A DNA stretch of 57,225 bases from an uncultured Actinomycetes bacterium (GCA_963824995.1 CAWGRK010000011.1:1-57225); one strand, 5' to 3'; positions 39,273 through 52,326 are shown, numbered from the stretch's first letter. Program-made: numbers and translations. Notes: generated by a model from the sequence alone, not told the origin.

Positions 39273-41682
39273 TCACTCGCCACCCGACAGCCGTTCCTCC
39301 AAGCTCCGTTTCAACACTTCGACCTCCTCGGGCAACCCGTCGACGTGGAAGACGTCTATGGCCTGGCCGGCAAGGGTGTCGACGGTGGCGCGGTGGACGT
39401 CGAGGCCGGCGGCAGCCAGAGCGCCGCACACCTCGTAGAGGAGGCCGAGCCGGTCGGCGGTCCTCACCTCGACCACACCACGTCGGCCCGACGCGGGAGC
39501 CACCCGGACGGTGGCATCCGGGTTTGCTGAGAGGGTCCGGCGACGGACGTACGCATCCACTTTTTCCCGGAGCCGCTCCTCCAAGGGAAGGTCGCCACGG
39601 AGCGCGGCACCGAGGTCGGTGCGGATCGACGGCCACCTCGCTGGGCCGATCATCCCCGTCCCCAGCGTGTCTTCGACGGTGAACGCATCGAGCACCAACC
39701 CGTCGCTCCTCGTTGCCAGCCTGGCGGTGCGGACCGATACCGAATGCAGCGCCAGCACCCCGCACACGGTGGCGAGAAACTGGGGTCGGTCGGCGCCGGC
39801 GACCACCACATCGGAAAGCGGTGCCCCGGTGCGGACATCGACCCTGACCTCGCCGGTGGCAGGCACGGGCTCACTCAAACGGATGTGCCGAGCGACCTCC
39901 TCGGCGCCGAACCGGAGGAGATATCCCTCGGGCATTCCGTCGGCGTGGCGCATCAACGTTTCGGCGGTGACCCCTGCCTGCTCGGCGGCGGAATCGATCA
40001 CTTCTGCCTCGAGCGGAGCCCTGGCACCTTGGGCCCGGCGCGCCAGTTCGGCATCGGCCCGCGAGAAGAGCGAGCGCACCAGTGAGGCTCGCCACGAGCT
40101 CCACGACTCGGGACCGGTCGCCCTGGCGTCGGCCACGGTCAACAGAAAGAGGAGACGGAGCGACGAGCGGTCGCCAACGCGGTCCGCCACGGAGGTCACC
40201 ACGGCCGGATCGTCCAGATCCTGACGCGTGGCGATCGTGGGTAGGAGGAGATGCTGTCGCACCGCGGTGGCGACGGTCTCGACCGACGCCGGGCCGAAAC
40301 CGAGCCGGCTGAGCATCGTTCTGGCCAGATCGGCCCCTACGTCCGAGTGGTCTCCCGGCAGCGCCTTGCCCAGGTCGTGGCTCACCGCCGCCAGGAGAAC
40401 CTCGTCGAGCGGCCCGAGGTCCTCTGCAACCTGACGGCACCACGGCTCCGACGAATCGGGGGCGGTGACGGCCATCAACTCAGCGACGGTCCGCCAGAGA
40501 TGGGCATCGACCGGGTGCTCGTGGAATGGGGCCACCTGAGGAAGCCCGACCACGCGCTCCCATTCGGGAAGCGACCGCGCCACCCATCCCGCCTCGACCA
40601 ACCGGTCAAGCACGTCCCAACCGGCGCTTCCAGCTCCGACGATGCCGAGAAGGTTGGAACGGTCGGTGTCCGACCAATCCGGCGCCGGGTCATCGGCCAG
40701 CACGGCACGCTGGTCGGCGTCGGGTATCCAGATCCCTCTGGAGAGGGCAGCTGACGCCATCACCAGTGCGGCCGACCCTCCGGAGCGCGCCTCACGAACC
40801 GGGGAGCGGAAGACGGCACCAACCATCCGACCGGTCGTTGCCACCGGATCGAACTGCTCGGGGACCGCCATCAGTGGCCGGGTCAAGCGGTCACCGACGC
40901 GGACCGCCCGGTAGAGGTCGCCCGCAACTTCCATCGGGTCGGAACCGAGCCAGGACCCCACCGCCTCCCTTCGCTCGGTGGCGAAGACGTCGGTGGGCCG
41001 GTCAGCGACGGCGTGGAGGGCGTTCCGCACGGCGCGCAGCACATCACGCGCCTCCTCCTCTCCGGATACCGGTTCGGGTCCGGGCTGGCCGGTCAGCGCG
41101 GCACGACGGCGCAGCCAGTCGGCGGCGTGGAAGCAGCGAAGCGCGCCCCTACCGCTCTTCACATCGACCGACTGCTTGTGATGCGGCTCGTCGACCCGTC
41201 GGGCCCGCTCCTCGGTGGCGAGCACCGAGACGAAGCGACCGCGTTCGCGCCTCAGGATCGTCGTCAACTCGCGCTCGAACGCGACGAACGGTTCCGGATC
41301 GCCCGTTACGACACGTCCGGTGAGAAACGAGCACAGCGTGTCGACCCGGTCACGCCCCGCAGCGGCGGCCTGGCGCACGGTGCGGATCGAGTGGCCCACC
41401 TTGAGGTGGGCATCCCACAGCGGGTAGAGGATCGACCGAGCCTCGGCTTCACCCGGCGACCCGAGCAGCATCAGGTCGATGTCGGAGTGGAGCGCCAGCT
41501 CGCCCCGCCCGTACCCGCCGACGGCGACCACGGTCACCCCTGAGCCTGCCGCCAACTCCGCCACGGCCACATCCAGGGCGTCGGTCAACGCCCGGCAAAG
41601 TCCTCCACCGGGTCCCTCGGGCCCCGGCTCCTCGAGACGCTTCCGGCGCAGCTCGAGGAAGCCCCGCAGTGGCGAGTCCTTC
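39273..41682 (-). CDS. glnD: [Protein-PII] nucleotidyltransferase (start unresolved)
   Basis: GGYGRGEL..SDIDL, HDLGK HD domain, two ACT domains; downstream of amt-PII. Confidence 0.9.
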
Positions 41683-43226
<1,544 letters not shown>

Positions 43227-43273
43227 CTTTTCCGCCTCCTCCTTCTGGGAAGGGAGCACCGTTCCGCATTGTT

Positions 43274-43300
43274 GTTTCCGCCGGGTTTCGGGACGGTGAA
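43274..43300 (-). promoter_or_regulatory. GlnR box
   Basis: Minus strand reads TTCAC-N6-GAAAC-N6-GAAAC upstream of amt. Confidence 0.75.
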
Positions 43301-43327
43301 GAGTCGGGACGAGCCGTCAACCAGAGC

Positions 43328-43382
43328 CGTTCTGTGGGCTCGAACTGTCGCTATGGCGCGCTTCGAACCCAGGGTTGGCAGC
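43328..43382. repeat. Second copy of the REP-like element
   Basis: Reverse complement shares CAACCCTGGGTT, GCGCGCC and GCCCACAGAACG with 17776-17829. Confidence 0.7.
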
Positions 43383-43383
43383 T

Positions 43384-44658
43384 CTAACGGACCGGGACCA
43401 GCTTGCGGACGAGGCCGTCGTGCGAGACCAGGTAGAGCTCGCCCTGCGAGTCGATGCCGAATGCGTTGATCCCGGGGACCGCCCCAAGCTGTTCGGTCCA
43501 GTCGCGGTGATCCACCGCCTCACCTCCTGCGATTCGGAAGCTGCGGATGAATCCGTTGCACCAGTCCCCGAAGAAGTAGTGGCCACGGATCTCGGGGATC
43601 GCCCTGCCGCGGTAGACGTGGCCGCCGGTGATGGCGCAACCCTGTTCGTGGTCGTACTCCGCAATGGGGACGACGAACTCGCTCGGGTCGCATGGGTTCT
43701 CGGCGAAGCAGGAGGTTCCCTCGACGATTGGCCACCCCAGGTTCCAGCCACCACGTCGCAATGGGAGGACGTTCACCTCTTCCCGCTGCTCCAGACCCAC
43801 GTCGGCCACGATCACCGACTTGGTGTCGATGGTGAACCGCCACGGGTTGCGCAGCCCATAGGCCCACACCTCGGGCGCACCACCGCCATCGACAAAGGGG
43901 TTGTCCTCGGGGATCGCATACGGAAGGCCGTCGGCAGGCCGGCCATCGACATCGATCCGGGAGATGGTGGCGAACAGGGTTCCCGGGTCCTGGCCCTGCG
44001 CCGAAGCGTTGGCCCCGTCCCCAAGCGAGACCCAGAGGTTCCCGTCCGGCCCGAAGAGGACCATCCCGCCGTAGTGCCTGATGTCGGTGCTGTCCTCCGG
44101 TTGGGCGAGGTCGATGAGGAGACGCTCCGAGCCGGGGTCGGCCCGGCCACGCTGCGCGTGGTACTCGGCGAGCCGCCTGTTCCCCGAAGTGTGGACGTAG
44201 TAGACGAACAGCCGCCCGTTCTCCTCGAATCGGGGGTGAAAGGCGAGTCCGAGCAGACCCTGTTCGATCCCGTTGGAGGCGACCCGGTCGCGGATGTCGA
44301 GGAACGGCTCGGCGACAAGACCGTCGTCGCCGATGACCCGGATGGTGCCGGTGCGCTCGATGACGAAGAGCCGGCGGTCGCCGCTCGGGGACGTTGCGTA
44401 TGTGGGCTGGGAGAGGCCTGAAGCGACCTCCTCGAGCCGAAGCCCCTGCAGCGGGGGGAGCGTGGTCGTCGTCGGCGGCCTTGTGGTGGAGGTGGTCGTC
44501 GTCCGCCGGGGCCTTGTCGTCCTCGTCGTGCTCGGTGCTGACGTAGCGGTCTCGATCGTGGTCCCGGCCGCCTCGACGGTCGTCTGAGCCGGATCGGCGG
44601 TCGCCGAACAGGCGGCCATCAGAGCCGCCACTACCAGCACGGGTACCCGTCGGTTCAC
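43384..44658 (-). CDS. PQQ-dependent sugar dehydrogenase (GSDH) family lipoprotein
   Basis: Lipobox MAAC, Thr-rich linker, EQGLLGLAFHP, HYGG, GLRNPWR. Confidence 0.9.
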   Translation of the reverse strand: MNRRVPVLVVAALMAACSATADPAQTTVEAAGTTIETATSAPSTTRTTRPRRTTTTSTTRPPTTTTLPPLQGLRLEEVASGLSQPTYATSPSGDRRLFVIERTGTIRVIGDDGLVAEPFLDIRDRVASNGIEQGLLGLAFHPRFEENGRLFVYYVHTSGNRRLAEYHAQRGRADPGSERLLIDLAQPEDSTDIRHYGGMVLFGPDGNLWVSLGDGANASAQGQDPGTLFATISRIDVDGRPADGLPYAIPEDNPFVDGGGAPEVWAYGLRNPWRFTIDTKSVIVADVGLEQREEVNVLPLRRGGWNLGWPIVEGTSCFAENPCDPSEFVVPIAEYDHEQGCAITGGHVYRGRAIPEIRGHYFFGDWCNGFIRSFRIAGGEAVDHRDWTEQLGAVPGINAFGIDSQGELYLVSHDGLVRKLVPVR

Positions 44659-44717
44659 CTGCTGCTGCCGATGGCGTCCATGGCGGCGACACTGTAGGGA
44701 TGCCTTCTTCCGGTCCT

Positions 44718-46365
44718 ATGGATACCGATCGGCCCAACCCCCGACAGTTGGTCGGTGGCGCTCTCTGGCGGCTCGGGGATCTCACCGCCATCGACGAGCC
44801 GCGCTCCTACCGCGCCCGCGCCTACCGACGAGGGGTATGGGCGCTCGACGATCTCTCGCCCGGCCTCGACGAGACGGTCGAGGAGATGCAGGCGGTTCGG
44901 GGCATTGGGGCGGGGATCATCCGGCTAATCGAGGAGATGCGCCAGACGGGCACCATCGCCTCCCTCGAGTTGCTCGAGCGCCGCTACCCGGCCGAGTCGA
45001 ACCGGCTGAGACAGCTTCCCAGGATGACGGCGAAGCAGTTGCAGCTGCTCAAGGAGATAGGTATCGACACCGCCGCCCAACTCAGCGACGCCATCGACAG
45101 CGCTGCGGTGGAGAGTCTGCATGGGGTCGGCCCGGCTACCGCCGAGTATTGGGACCGCATCATGGCCGGCTGGCCCGACGCGGTGTCGCTCCCCGTGGTC
45201 AGAGCCGATCAGCTAGCCGAGGTGTTCGCCGCCCATCTGCGTCGCCTGCTCGGTGCCACGGTCACCGTCGGGGGCGAGGTGCGGCGCCGGGAGGAATGGG
45301 TTGGTGTCCTCGACTTGGCCATGGTGGACAACGAGCCCGGGGCCATGTTGGAGGACGCTTCGGAAATCGCCGCGGTCACCGGCCATTCGGAGGTGCCGGC
45401 AGCGGACACCGTCATCCTCGGCACCCACGCCGATCTCCCCCTCAGGATCATCGCCGCCTCCCCCGAGGAAGCGGGTTGGGCGCTGGTGCGCTCGACTGGC
45501 CCGGGACGCCACGTGGCGGCGTTGGAACGGCGTATCGGCACCATTCAGGTGAGAACGGAGAGAGAGGCCTACCAGAGCGCCGGATTGGAGATGGTGCCTC
45601 CCCCCGCCCGGGACGAGGAGATCCGCCAGGAAAGGTTGGTGACAGTCGACGACATCATCGCCGACTTCCACATCCACACCACCTGGTCACCCGACGGACA
45701 ACAGGAGATCGAAGAAGTGGTGCGGGACGCGGCGACGGCGCGGCTACCGGTGCATCGCCATAACCGACCACGCCGAGGGTCTGCGGTTGGGGGCGCTCAC
45801 CGCAGCGGCGCTCGTCGAGCAGCGGCATGTGCTCGACGATATCGAGTTGCCGGATGGGTTGGTCGTGCTTCATGGCGCCGAACTCAACATCAGTCGCGAT
45901 GGAAGCCTCGACTACGACGACGACGTGCTCGCATGGCTGGACTTCTGTATCGCCGCGATCCACTCCAACTTCGGGCTGAGCCGGGAGGAACAAACCGCCC
46001 GGCTGATCCGGGCCATAGAGCACCCCGCGGTGCGTGTGATCGCACACCCCACCACCCGCCGCCTCGGTACACGGCCCCAGATCGACTTCGACATCGATGC
46101 GGTGCTCGACGCCGCCGGCCGCACCGGCACAGCCCTCGAGGTCAACGGACACCTCGACCGACTCGACCTGCCCGCCGACCTGGCCCGCCGGGCCGCTGCA
46201 GCCGGGGTCGCTCTGGTCGCCGACAGCGATGCCCACCGCCCCGACGAGATGGGCAACGTCGCCAACGCGGTGGCGGTACTGCAGCGGGCCGGGGTTCCCC
46301 CCGACGGGGTGGTCAATGCCTGGAAGGCGCACCGGCTCCTCGAATGGGCGACCGGCGCAACCTGA
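44718..46365 (+). CDS. polX: PolX-PHP family protein with altered polymerase site (frameshift near 45740)
   Basis: YRARAY, HhH motifs GIGAG and GVGP, GEVRR; PHP motifs HIH, TDH, HP, DSDAH. Confidence 0.85.
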
Positions 46366-46387
46366 GCCGAGCGGCAAGACTGCGGTC

Positions 46388-46567
46388 ATGGATGACGGTT
46401 GGTACTTCTGTCTCGACCACCGCCGGGTCGAGCCCCGGCTTGGATGCCGGGACGCCGAACGTCTCGGTCCCTATACGACCAGGGAGGAGGCGGAGCAGGC
46501 GCTGGAGACCGCCCAGCGTCGCAACGCGGCCTGGGACAACGACCCCCGCTGGAACGAGGAGGAGTAG
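46388..46567 (+). CDS. Small conserved-looking hypothetical protein (59 aa)
   Basis: WYFCLDH..VE..C..RLGPY.TREEA..RNAAWD resembles a small actinobacterial family (recalled); fills the gap between genes. Confidence 0.7.
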   Translation: MDDGWYFCLDHRRVEPRLGCRDAERLGPYTTREEAEQALETAQRRNAAWDNDPRWNEEE

Positions 46568-46576
46568 CTGACCCCC

Positions 46577-47062
46577 GTGGGCGCGCTCGGCCGGCCGCTG
46601 CGGCGCACCGAGGACCGCCGGCTGATCACCGGCGCCGGGAGGTACCTGGACGACCTCGAGCCTCCCGGCACGCTCCACGCGGTTTTCGTCCGCTGCCGCG
46701 AGGCCAACGCCGTGCTCGGCGCCATCGAGATCGGTGGTGTCGCCCACGGGCTGGGGAACGCCATCATGGAGCGGGTCGTCCACAGCGACGACGCCCAACC
46801 CCTCGTCACCACCTTCGTCGACTATCGGATCCCGGCGGCCGAGCAGGTTCCCCCGATCACCAAGGTCCACACCGAGACGCCCTCGCCGCGCAACCCCCTT
46901 GGTGCCAAGGGTGCAGGCGAGGGCGGAACGCTCCCCGCCATGGCGGCTGTGGCCGCTGCGGTGGACGACGCTCTCTCCGACCTCGGAGTGGTGGTCGACC
47001 GATACCCGCTCCTCCCCGAGACGGTGCGCTCGATGGTCTCGGCAAACTCCCGCGCCGGTTGA
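46577..47062 (+). pseudogene. Internally deleted xanthine dehydrogenase/CoxL-like molybdopterin subunit
   Basis: N-terminal RTEDRRLITGAGRYLDD joined in frame to C-terminal GG.AHGLG..DYRIP..PLGAKGAGE; only 161 aa. Confidence 0.85.
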
Positions 47063-47104
47063 CCGCCTGAGCACGTCGCACCCCGGCAGTACCCTCGCCC
47101 GCCG

Positions 47105-49783
47105 GTGACGGACAGTTCCCCCTTCCCAGGACCAGCGGCGCTGGGGCGCGGTGCCGTCTTCCTCCCCGGCGCTCCGGTACCGCCCGGGTTGGACGGCGCA
47201 ACGCGGGTCGTCGTTGACGACGCCGTGCTGGCCGAACCGGCCGCGGTCATCGAGTCGCTGCACCGGGATTGGGTGAGACGGCATCCGGTGGTGATCGAGT
47301 TCGCGATCGACCAGAAGGTGCTCGCCGAGCCGGTCGTCGAGCGACGCCCGGCGTTCGATTTCGGCGGACGCTACGACCTCGCCAGGGAGCGTCTCCATTT
47401 CCTCGTTTGGGCCAACACATACGACTGCCGCACCAGCGAACCGGTGTGGTGGCACGGGCGCAAGGCGGCGGCCATCGGGGCTGCGGCAACCCCTGGCGGC
47501 CCCGCCGACGTCACCCTCCCCGACGGCAGGGCGGCGTGGATAGACGCGGGGCCTCGCCAGCCGCTTCCAGACTTGGGCCATCCGGTCATCCATCGGGAAA
47601 CGGTCGAGTCTGGAGGACTGACCGCGGTGCGGTCGCCGACTCCGGTGGTCGGTGACCTCGCCCCCGACCAACTCGCCGCGGTGGGCCATCTGGCCGGACC
47701 GGCGCGGGTGATCGCGCCCGCCGGGTCGGGGAAGACCCGGACGCTCATCGCCCGGATCCGGCATCTGGTCGATTCGGTCGGCGTGGAGCCTGGGCTCATC
47801 ACGGTGGTCGCCTACAACAACCGTGCGGCCGCCGAGTTGCGCAGCCGGCTGGGACCGAGCGAGGTCTCGATACGCACCATCCACTCGCTGGGATGGTGGA
47901 TCCTGCGCCAGCACCGCCCCGGTTTGGATCTGCTCAACGAGCGCGATGTGCGGTCGATGGTCGGTCCGCTGGCACCCGTGGGACCAAGGGTCAATCAGGA
48001 TCCGCTTGCCGCCTACATCGAGGCGCTGGCAGAGGTACGCGTCGCCCTTCGCCCGCCCGAAACCGTGGAGGGCGACCGCGACGACGTCCCCGGCTTCGCC
48101 GACCTCTACCCGGAGTACCGCCGCCGGCTCGCATCCAGAGGAGCGGCCGACTTCGACGAGCAGGTCTTCGGCGCCATCGAGGTGCTCCTCGCCGACCCGG
48201 CGCTACGAAGGAGCGTCCAGGCGACGTGCCGGCACCTGCTGGTGGACGAGTTCCAGGACCTCACCCCCGCCTACCTTCTCCTTCTCCGGCTGGTGGCGTC
48301 GCCCGGGCTCACCGTCTTCGGGGTGGGTGACGACGACCAGGTGATCTACGGGTATGCCGGGGCCGACCCTCAGTTCCTCATCGATTTCGACCATCTCTTC
48401 CCGGGAGCGGGCCACCACCCGCTCGAGGTCAACTACCGCTGCCCGACACCGGTGGTCGAGGCCGCAGCCAACTTGCTGTCGGGCAATCGGCGCCGCGTCG
48501 CCAAGAAGATACGGGCGCCCGAGGGTCGGCAAGATCCCGCCGACCGACTGCTCGTGCGCAGAGTCGCTTCGAACTCTCTCGGCGTCGAGGCGGCAGCCGT
48601 CATCACCCGGTGGCTCGAAGATGACGTCGAACCAGGTCGGATGGCGGTGCTGTGCCGGGTGAACGACGGCTTGCTCCCGGCGCAGGCCGCGCTGGCCGAG
48701 ATCGGTGTGCCATACACGTCCACCGTCGATACAGCCGTGCTCCAACGAACGGGGATGCGGGCCGCCCTCGCCTACCTGCGGCTCGCACTCCGTCCCGACG
48801 AGATGACCAGAGCCGATCTGCTGGAAGCAGTGAAGAGACCGTGGCGCGGGCTCAACCAGGTCGCGTTTGACCTCCTGCAACGACGTCGCACCTGGGAGAT
48901 CGAGCAACTGTGGGATCTCCCGGCGACACTTGATGAGAGGAAGGCGGCCAAGTGGGACGAGTTCGTCGCCCAACTGGAGGCGCTGGCGAAAGCAGCTCAG
49001 GATGGCGGGTCCACACAGGTCCTTCTTCGTTTGGTGAGAAGTGACGCCGGCCTCGATCGGGCCACGGCCCTGCTCGATGCCTCGCGGGGAGCGGCGGACC
49101 GCGCCGGCCATGGCGACGATCTCGATGCGCTCGAACAGGTGGCGGCGCTCCATCCCGATCCGGGAACATTCGAGTCCTGGCTGAACGACCTACTAGGCAA
49201 GCCGGGCGATCCAAAGGGTGTGACCCTCTCGTCGATCCACCGCGTCAAGGGGATGGAGTGGGACCGGGTACTGGTCTTTCGGGCAGACGACGGGTTGATG
49301 CCACACCGCCTGAGCGATGACGAGGAAGAGGAGAGACGGGTGTTCCATGTCGCAATCACCCGCGGAATCGAGGCGGTGACCATCTTGGCCGATGACGCCC
49401 GGCCCTCTCCATTCCTTGACGAGTTGGGCCGCCCCGGGCCTCCGCCACCGCTACCCGCCCCGACACCCAGACCCAGGCCACCCGCCCCCGTCCCCGCCGT
49501 CTCCACCCCGGAGGAGCAGGACCTGCTCGCCCGACTCAAGGATTGGCGCCGGGAGACGGCGGCGGCGCGTGGCTGGCCCGCCTACGTGGTGCTCCCCGAC
49601 AAGACCCTCAATGCGATCGCGGTGCGACGCCCGGCGACGATGGACGAACTGGCTGCATGTCCCGGCATCGGGCCGATCAAGCTCGACCTCTACGGAGAGC
49701 AGTTGCTGGAGCTGGTAGCCGGGTACCTCCCCGAGAGCGCCCCCGAAGGTGCCGCCGACGACTCCCCCGAAGACCTCCCCTAG
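47105..49783 (+). CDS. UvrD/Rep superfamily 1 helicase with C-terminal HRDC domain
   Basis: APAGSGKT, DEFQD, GDDDQ, NYRC, HRVKGMEW, HRDC WRR..PAYVV. Confidence 0.92.
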   Translation: MTDSSPFPGPAALGRGAVFLPGAPVPPGLDGATRVVVDDAVLAEPAAVIESLHRDWVRRHPVVIEFAIDQKVLAEPVVERRPAFDFGGRYDLARERLHFLVWANTYDCRTSEPVWWHGRKAAAIGAAATPGGPADVTLPDGRAAWIDAGPRQPLPDLGHPVIHRETVESGGLTAVRSPTPVVGDLAPDQLAAVGHLAGPARVIAPAGSGKTRTLIARIRHLVDSVGVEPGLITVVAYNNRAAAELRSRLGPSEVSIRTIHSLGWWILRQHRPGLDLLNERDVRSMVGPLAPVGPRVNQDPLAAYIEALAEVRVALRPPETVEGDRDDVPGFADLYPEYRRRLASRGAADFDEQVFGAIEVLLADPALRRSVQATCRHLLVDEFQDLTPAYLLLLRLVASPGLTVFGVGDDDQVIYGYAGADPQFLIDFDHLFPGAGHHPLEVNYRCPTPVVEAAANLLSGNRRRVAKKIRAPEGRQDPADRLLVRRVASNSLGVEAAAVITRWLEDDVEPGRMAVLCRVNDGLLPAQAALAEIGVPYTSTVDTAVLQRTGMRAALAYLRLALRPDEMTRADLLEAVKRPWRGLNQVAFDLLQRRRTWEIEQLWDLPATLDERKAAKWDEFVAQLEALAKAAQDGGSTQVLLRLVRSDAGLDRATALLDASRGAADRAGHGDDLDALEQVAALHPDPGTFESWLNDLLGKPGDPKGVTLSSIHRVKGMEWDRVLVFRADDGLMPHRLSDDEEEERRVFHVAITRGIEAVTILADDARPSPFLDELGRPGPPPPLPAPTPRPRPPAPVPAVSTPEEQDLLARLKDWRRETAAARGWPAYVVLPDKTLNAIAVRRPATMDELAACPGIGPIKLDLYGEQLLELVAGYLPESAPEGAADDSPEDLP

Positions 49784-49792
49784 GGTGCCCCC

Positions 49793-50236
49793 GTGGTCGA
49801 GCAGCCTGTCTTCCCCAAGGACCCGAAGGTGTTGGCGGCGTTTCTCGCCGAGCGGGCCGAAGGGCGCCTGCCGGGTCTACTCGGGATAGAGATCCTCGAG
49901 CTCTCCCGCGGCCACTCGCGGCTCGCGCTCGAGATCGATAAGCGTCACGAGGCGCCAAACGGCTATCTCCACGCTGGGACCCTGGTCACTTTGGCCGACA
50001 CGGCGTGCGGGTTCGGGTGTGTCGCCACGCTGCCCGACGGTGCCAGCGGTTTCACCACGATCGAGATCAGCTCCAATCACGTTGGCACTGCGCTCGAGGG
50101 CCGTCTGGAGGCGGTGGCGGCGCCCTCCCACCTCGGCCGGACCACCCAGGTGTGGGACGCCACCGTCACCGTCGAGCCTGAGGGCCGCCGCCTTGCTCTC
50201 TTCCGCTGCACCCAGATGGTGCTCTATCCCCGCTGA
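49793..50236 (+). CDS. PaaI family thioesterase
   Basis: NGYLHAG..LADTACG, GRTTQVWD. Confidence 0.9.
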   Translation: MVEQPVFPKDPKVLAAFLAERAEGRLPGLLGIEILELSRGHSRLALEIDKRHEAPNGYLHAGTLVTLADTACGFGCVATLPDGASGFTTIEISSNHVGTALEGRLEAVAAPSHLGRTTQVWDATVTVEPEGRRLALFRCTQMVLYPR

Positions 50237-50757
50237 TCGACAGCCATCAATGTGCCGGCCCGATCGAGGATCTCATCGACGGTCTCCGCCGGAGACAGCC
50301 GCGAGGTGTCGAGAACCGCAACCGGTGCCAGGTCGAGCAATGCGATCCGGCGCGCCTCCGTGATGGCGATGAGATCCTCGCGAGTGACCGGCCGCCGATG
50401 GTCGACGGTGCGGAGACGATCGAGAAGGGTCCCCGGATCCGCTTCGAGCATGACGACCACCGCCCCCGAGTGCCGTAACGCCGACAGGGACTCCTCGTCG
50501 TCGGCGACGCTGGCGGCGGCGGCGATGACCGCCGGTTCCGGTGAAGAGAGCGCCCGTCGTAGTGCGTCCGACTCGAGATCGTGGAGCCGCTCTATCCCCT
50601 CTGCCGCCACGACCTCCCTCCCGGACCGGCCGGTCAGAGCGCGCAGTTGCGGGTCCGAGTCGATGAAGGGGCGGCCGGTCCGCTCCGCCAGCAACCCGCC
50701 GATGGTGGTCTTACCGGCGCCCATGGAACCTACAAGGACGAGGTGCCGCTCCGTCAC
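50224..50757 (-). CDS. Shikimate kinase-like protein
   Basis: LVGSMGAGKTT and FIDSD. Confidence 0.75.
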   Translation of the reverse strand: MTERHLVLVGSMGAGKTTIGGLLAERTGRPFIDSDPQLRALTGRSGREVVAAEGIERLHDLESDALRRALSSPEPAVIAAAASVADDEESLSALRHSGAVVVMLEADPGTLLDRLRTVDHRRPVTREDLIAITEARRIALLDLAPVAVLDTSRLSPAETVDEILDRAGTLMAVDQRG

Positions 50758-50813
50758 TCGGCGAGCGTAGGCGGTGCCGTTACGGTTGGGACAGCCTTCG
50801 GGGGGGCCCCGAA

Positions 50814-51614
50814 ATGAGCCTGGTACCGGTGGATCGAGAAGAAACGCAAGCGGCAATCGACCGGCTCGCCGCCAAGGCGGGCGCCGATCTGTCTGACCAT
50901 CCCGCCGAGACCGGGCGACGGGTGCCGGGCCTGGACTGGTCGGTGGGAGAGACCGGCGCCCATCTGGTCACTCTTGTCAATGACCTGACCGCATACGCCA
51001 CCGGCGAGCGTCTCCCGGTGGGGACCACCGACGAGATTCCCGCACTCAATCAGCGCCGTATCGATCTCCTCCCCGACCGGCACGGCGGCGTTCTGGAGGG
51101 TCTGCTCCTCGAGGCGGTGGCCGGGTTCGCCCAAGCCACCGCCGGGATGGACACGGATACATCTTTTCCCTGGTACGACGACAGCCAGATCGACCTCGCC
51201 GCCGCCCTCTCGGTGCTCGTCGGTGAACTGTCGATCCACGGGGTCGACATCGCCCGGGGGCTGGCGCTCCCGAACACAGTGAAGAGAAGAGACGCCCTGC
51301 TGATGATGCCCGCCTTCTGGGAACTGCTCCCGCGCTATGTCGACCCGGATGCCGCCGCCGAATTCATTGGCGTATTCGGGATCGCGGTGCGCGGATCACA
51401 ACCGGTGCGCGTCGAGTTCGCAGATGGATCGGCCGCGGTGTCTCTTCCCCAGGGAAGGGTCGACTGCAGGATCAGCGCCGACCCGGTGGCCTTCGTCACC
51501 GTCGGCTACGGACGGGCAACCCAATTGAGCCAGATCCTCCGGGGAAAGATGATGGCCACGGGGAGCCGCCCCTGGCTCGCCTTCCGGCTCCCCCGGCTTC
51601 TCCGTCCGATCTGA
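50814..51614 (+). CDS. MDMPI/DinB-like protein with SCP2-like C-terminus
   Basis: WSVGETGAHL and ELSIHGVDIA. Confidence 0.75.
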   Translation: MSLVPVDREETQAAIDRLAAKAGADLSDHPAETGRRVPGLDWSVGETGAHLVTLVNDLTAYATGERLPVGTTDEIPALNQRRIDLLPDRHGGVLEGLLLEAVAGFAQATAGMDTDTSFPWYDDSQIDLAAALSVLVGELSIHGVDIARGLALPNTVKRRDALLMMPAFWELLPRYVDPDAAAEFIGVFGIAVRGSQPVRVEFADGSAAVSLPQGRVDCRISADPVAFVTVGYGRATQLSQILRGKMMATGSRPWLAFRLPRLLRPI

Positions 51615-51617
51615 CCC

Positions 51618-52326
51618 TTATCTCATCGGGACGCAGCTGTCGAGCTGGACGACCTCGATGTCGTCGCCCACTTCGAGCGCGCAGCTCGTCCGGGGTGCCG
51701 CTCAGGAGGGGGAACGTCCCGTAATGAACGGGGACCACGGTCCCGGCCCCAATGAGCTGCGCCGCCCGGCCCGCCTGGCGGGGATCCATCGTGTAATGGC
51801 CACCGATGGGCAGCAGCGCGATGTCAGGGGCCCACAACTCGCCGATCAGCGCCATGTCCGAGAACACCATGGTGTCGCCGGCGTGATACACCTTCAGCCC
51901 GCCGGCAAGCTCGAGCACCCACCCGCCGGGAGAACCGCCATCCACTATCCCGGTGTCACCGGTTATGCCACTCGAGTGGACCGCCGGTACCAGAGTGGCA
52001 GCGGCGACCCCGGGGCCGGACACCGTCCCACCCATGTTGAGCCCGGTCACGTTCTCGAGCCCCTTTCCACCCAACCAGGTTGCGATCTCGTGGATGGCGA
52101 AGATCTGGGGGCGGTGACGATGGGCGACGTCGAGAACGTTGCCGATGTGGTCGAAATGGCCGTGGGTGATGAACACGGTGTCCACCCGCTCCTGCTCGTG
52201 TTCAGAAGGCAGGCATGCCGGGTTCCCGGACAACCAGGGATCGATGAGCACCACGGTCCCTTCCGAGGTTCGCAACTTCACCGTTGCATGCCCGAGCCAG
52301 GTCACTTCGACACCGTGCATGTCCAT
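51618..52326 (-). CDS. Metal-dependent hydrolase, MBL fold (UPF0173-like), C-terminal frameshift
   Basis: WLGHA, THGHFDH, YHAGDT, PVHYGTFP. Confidence 0.88.
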
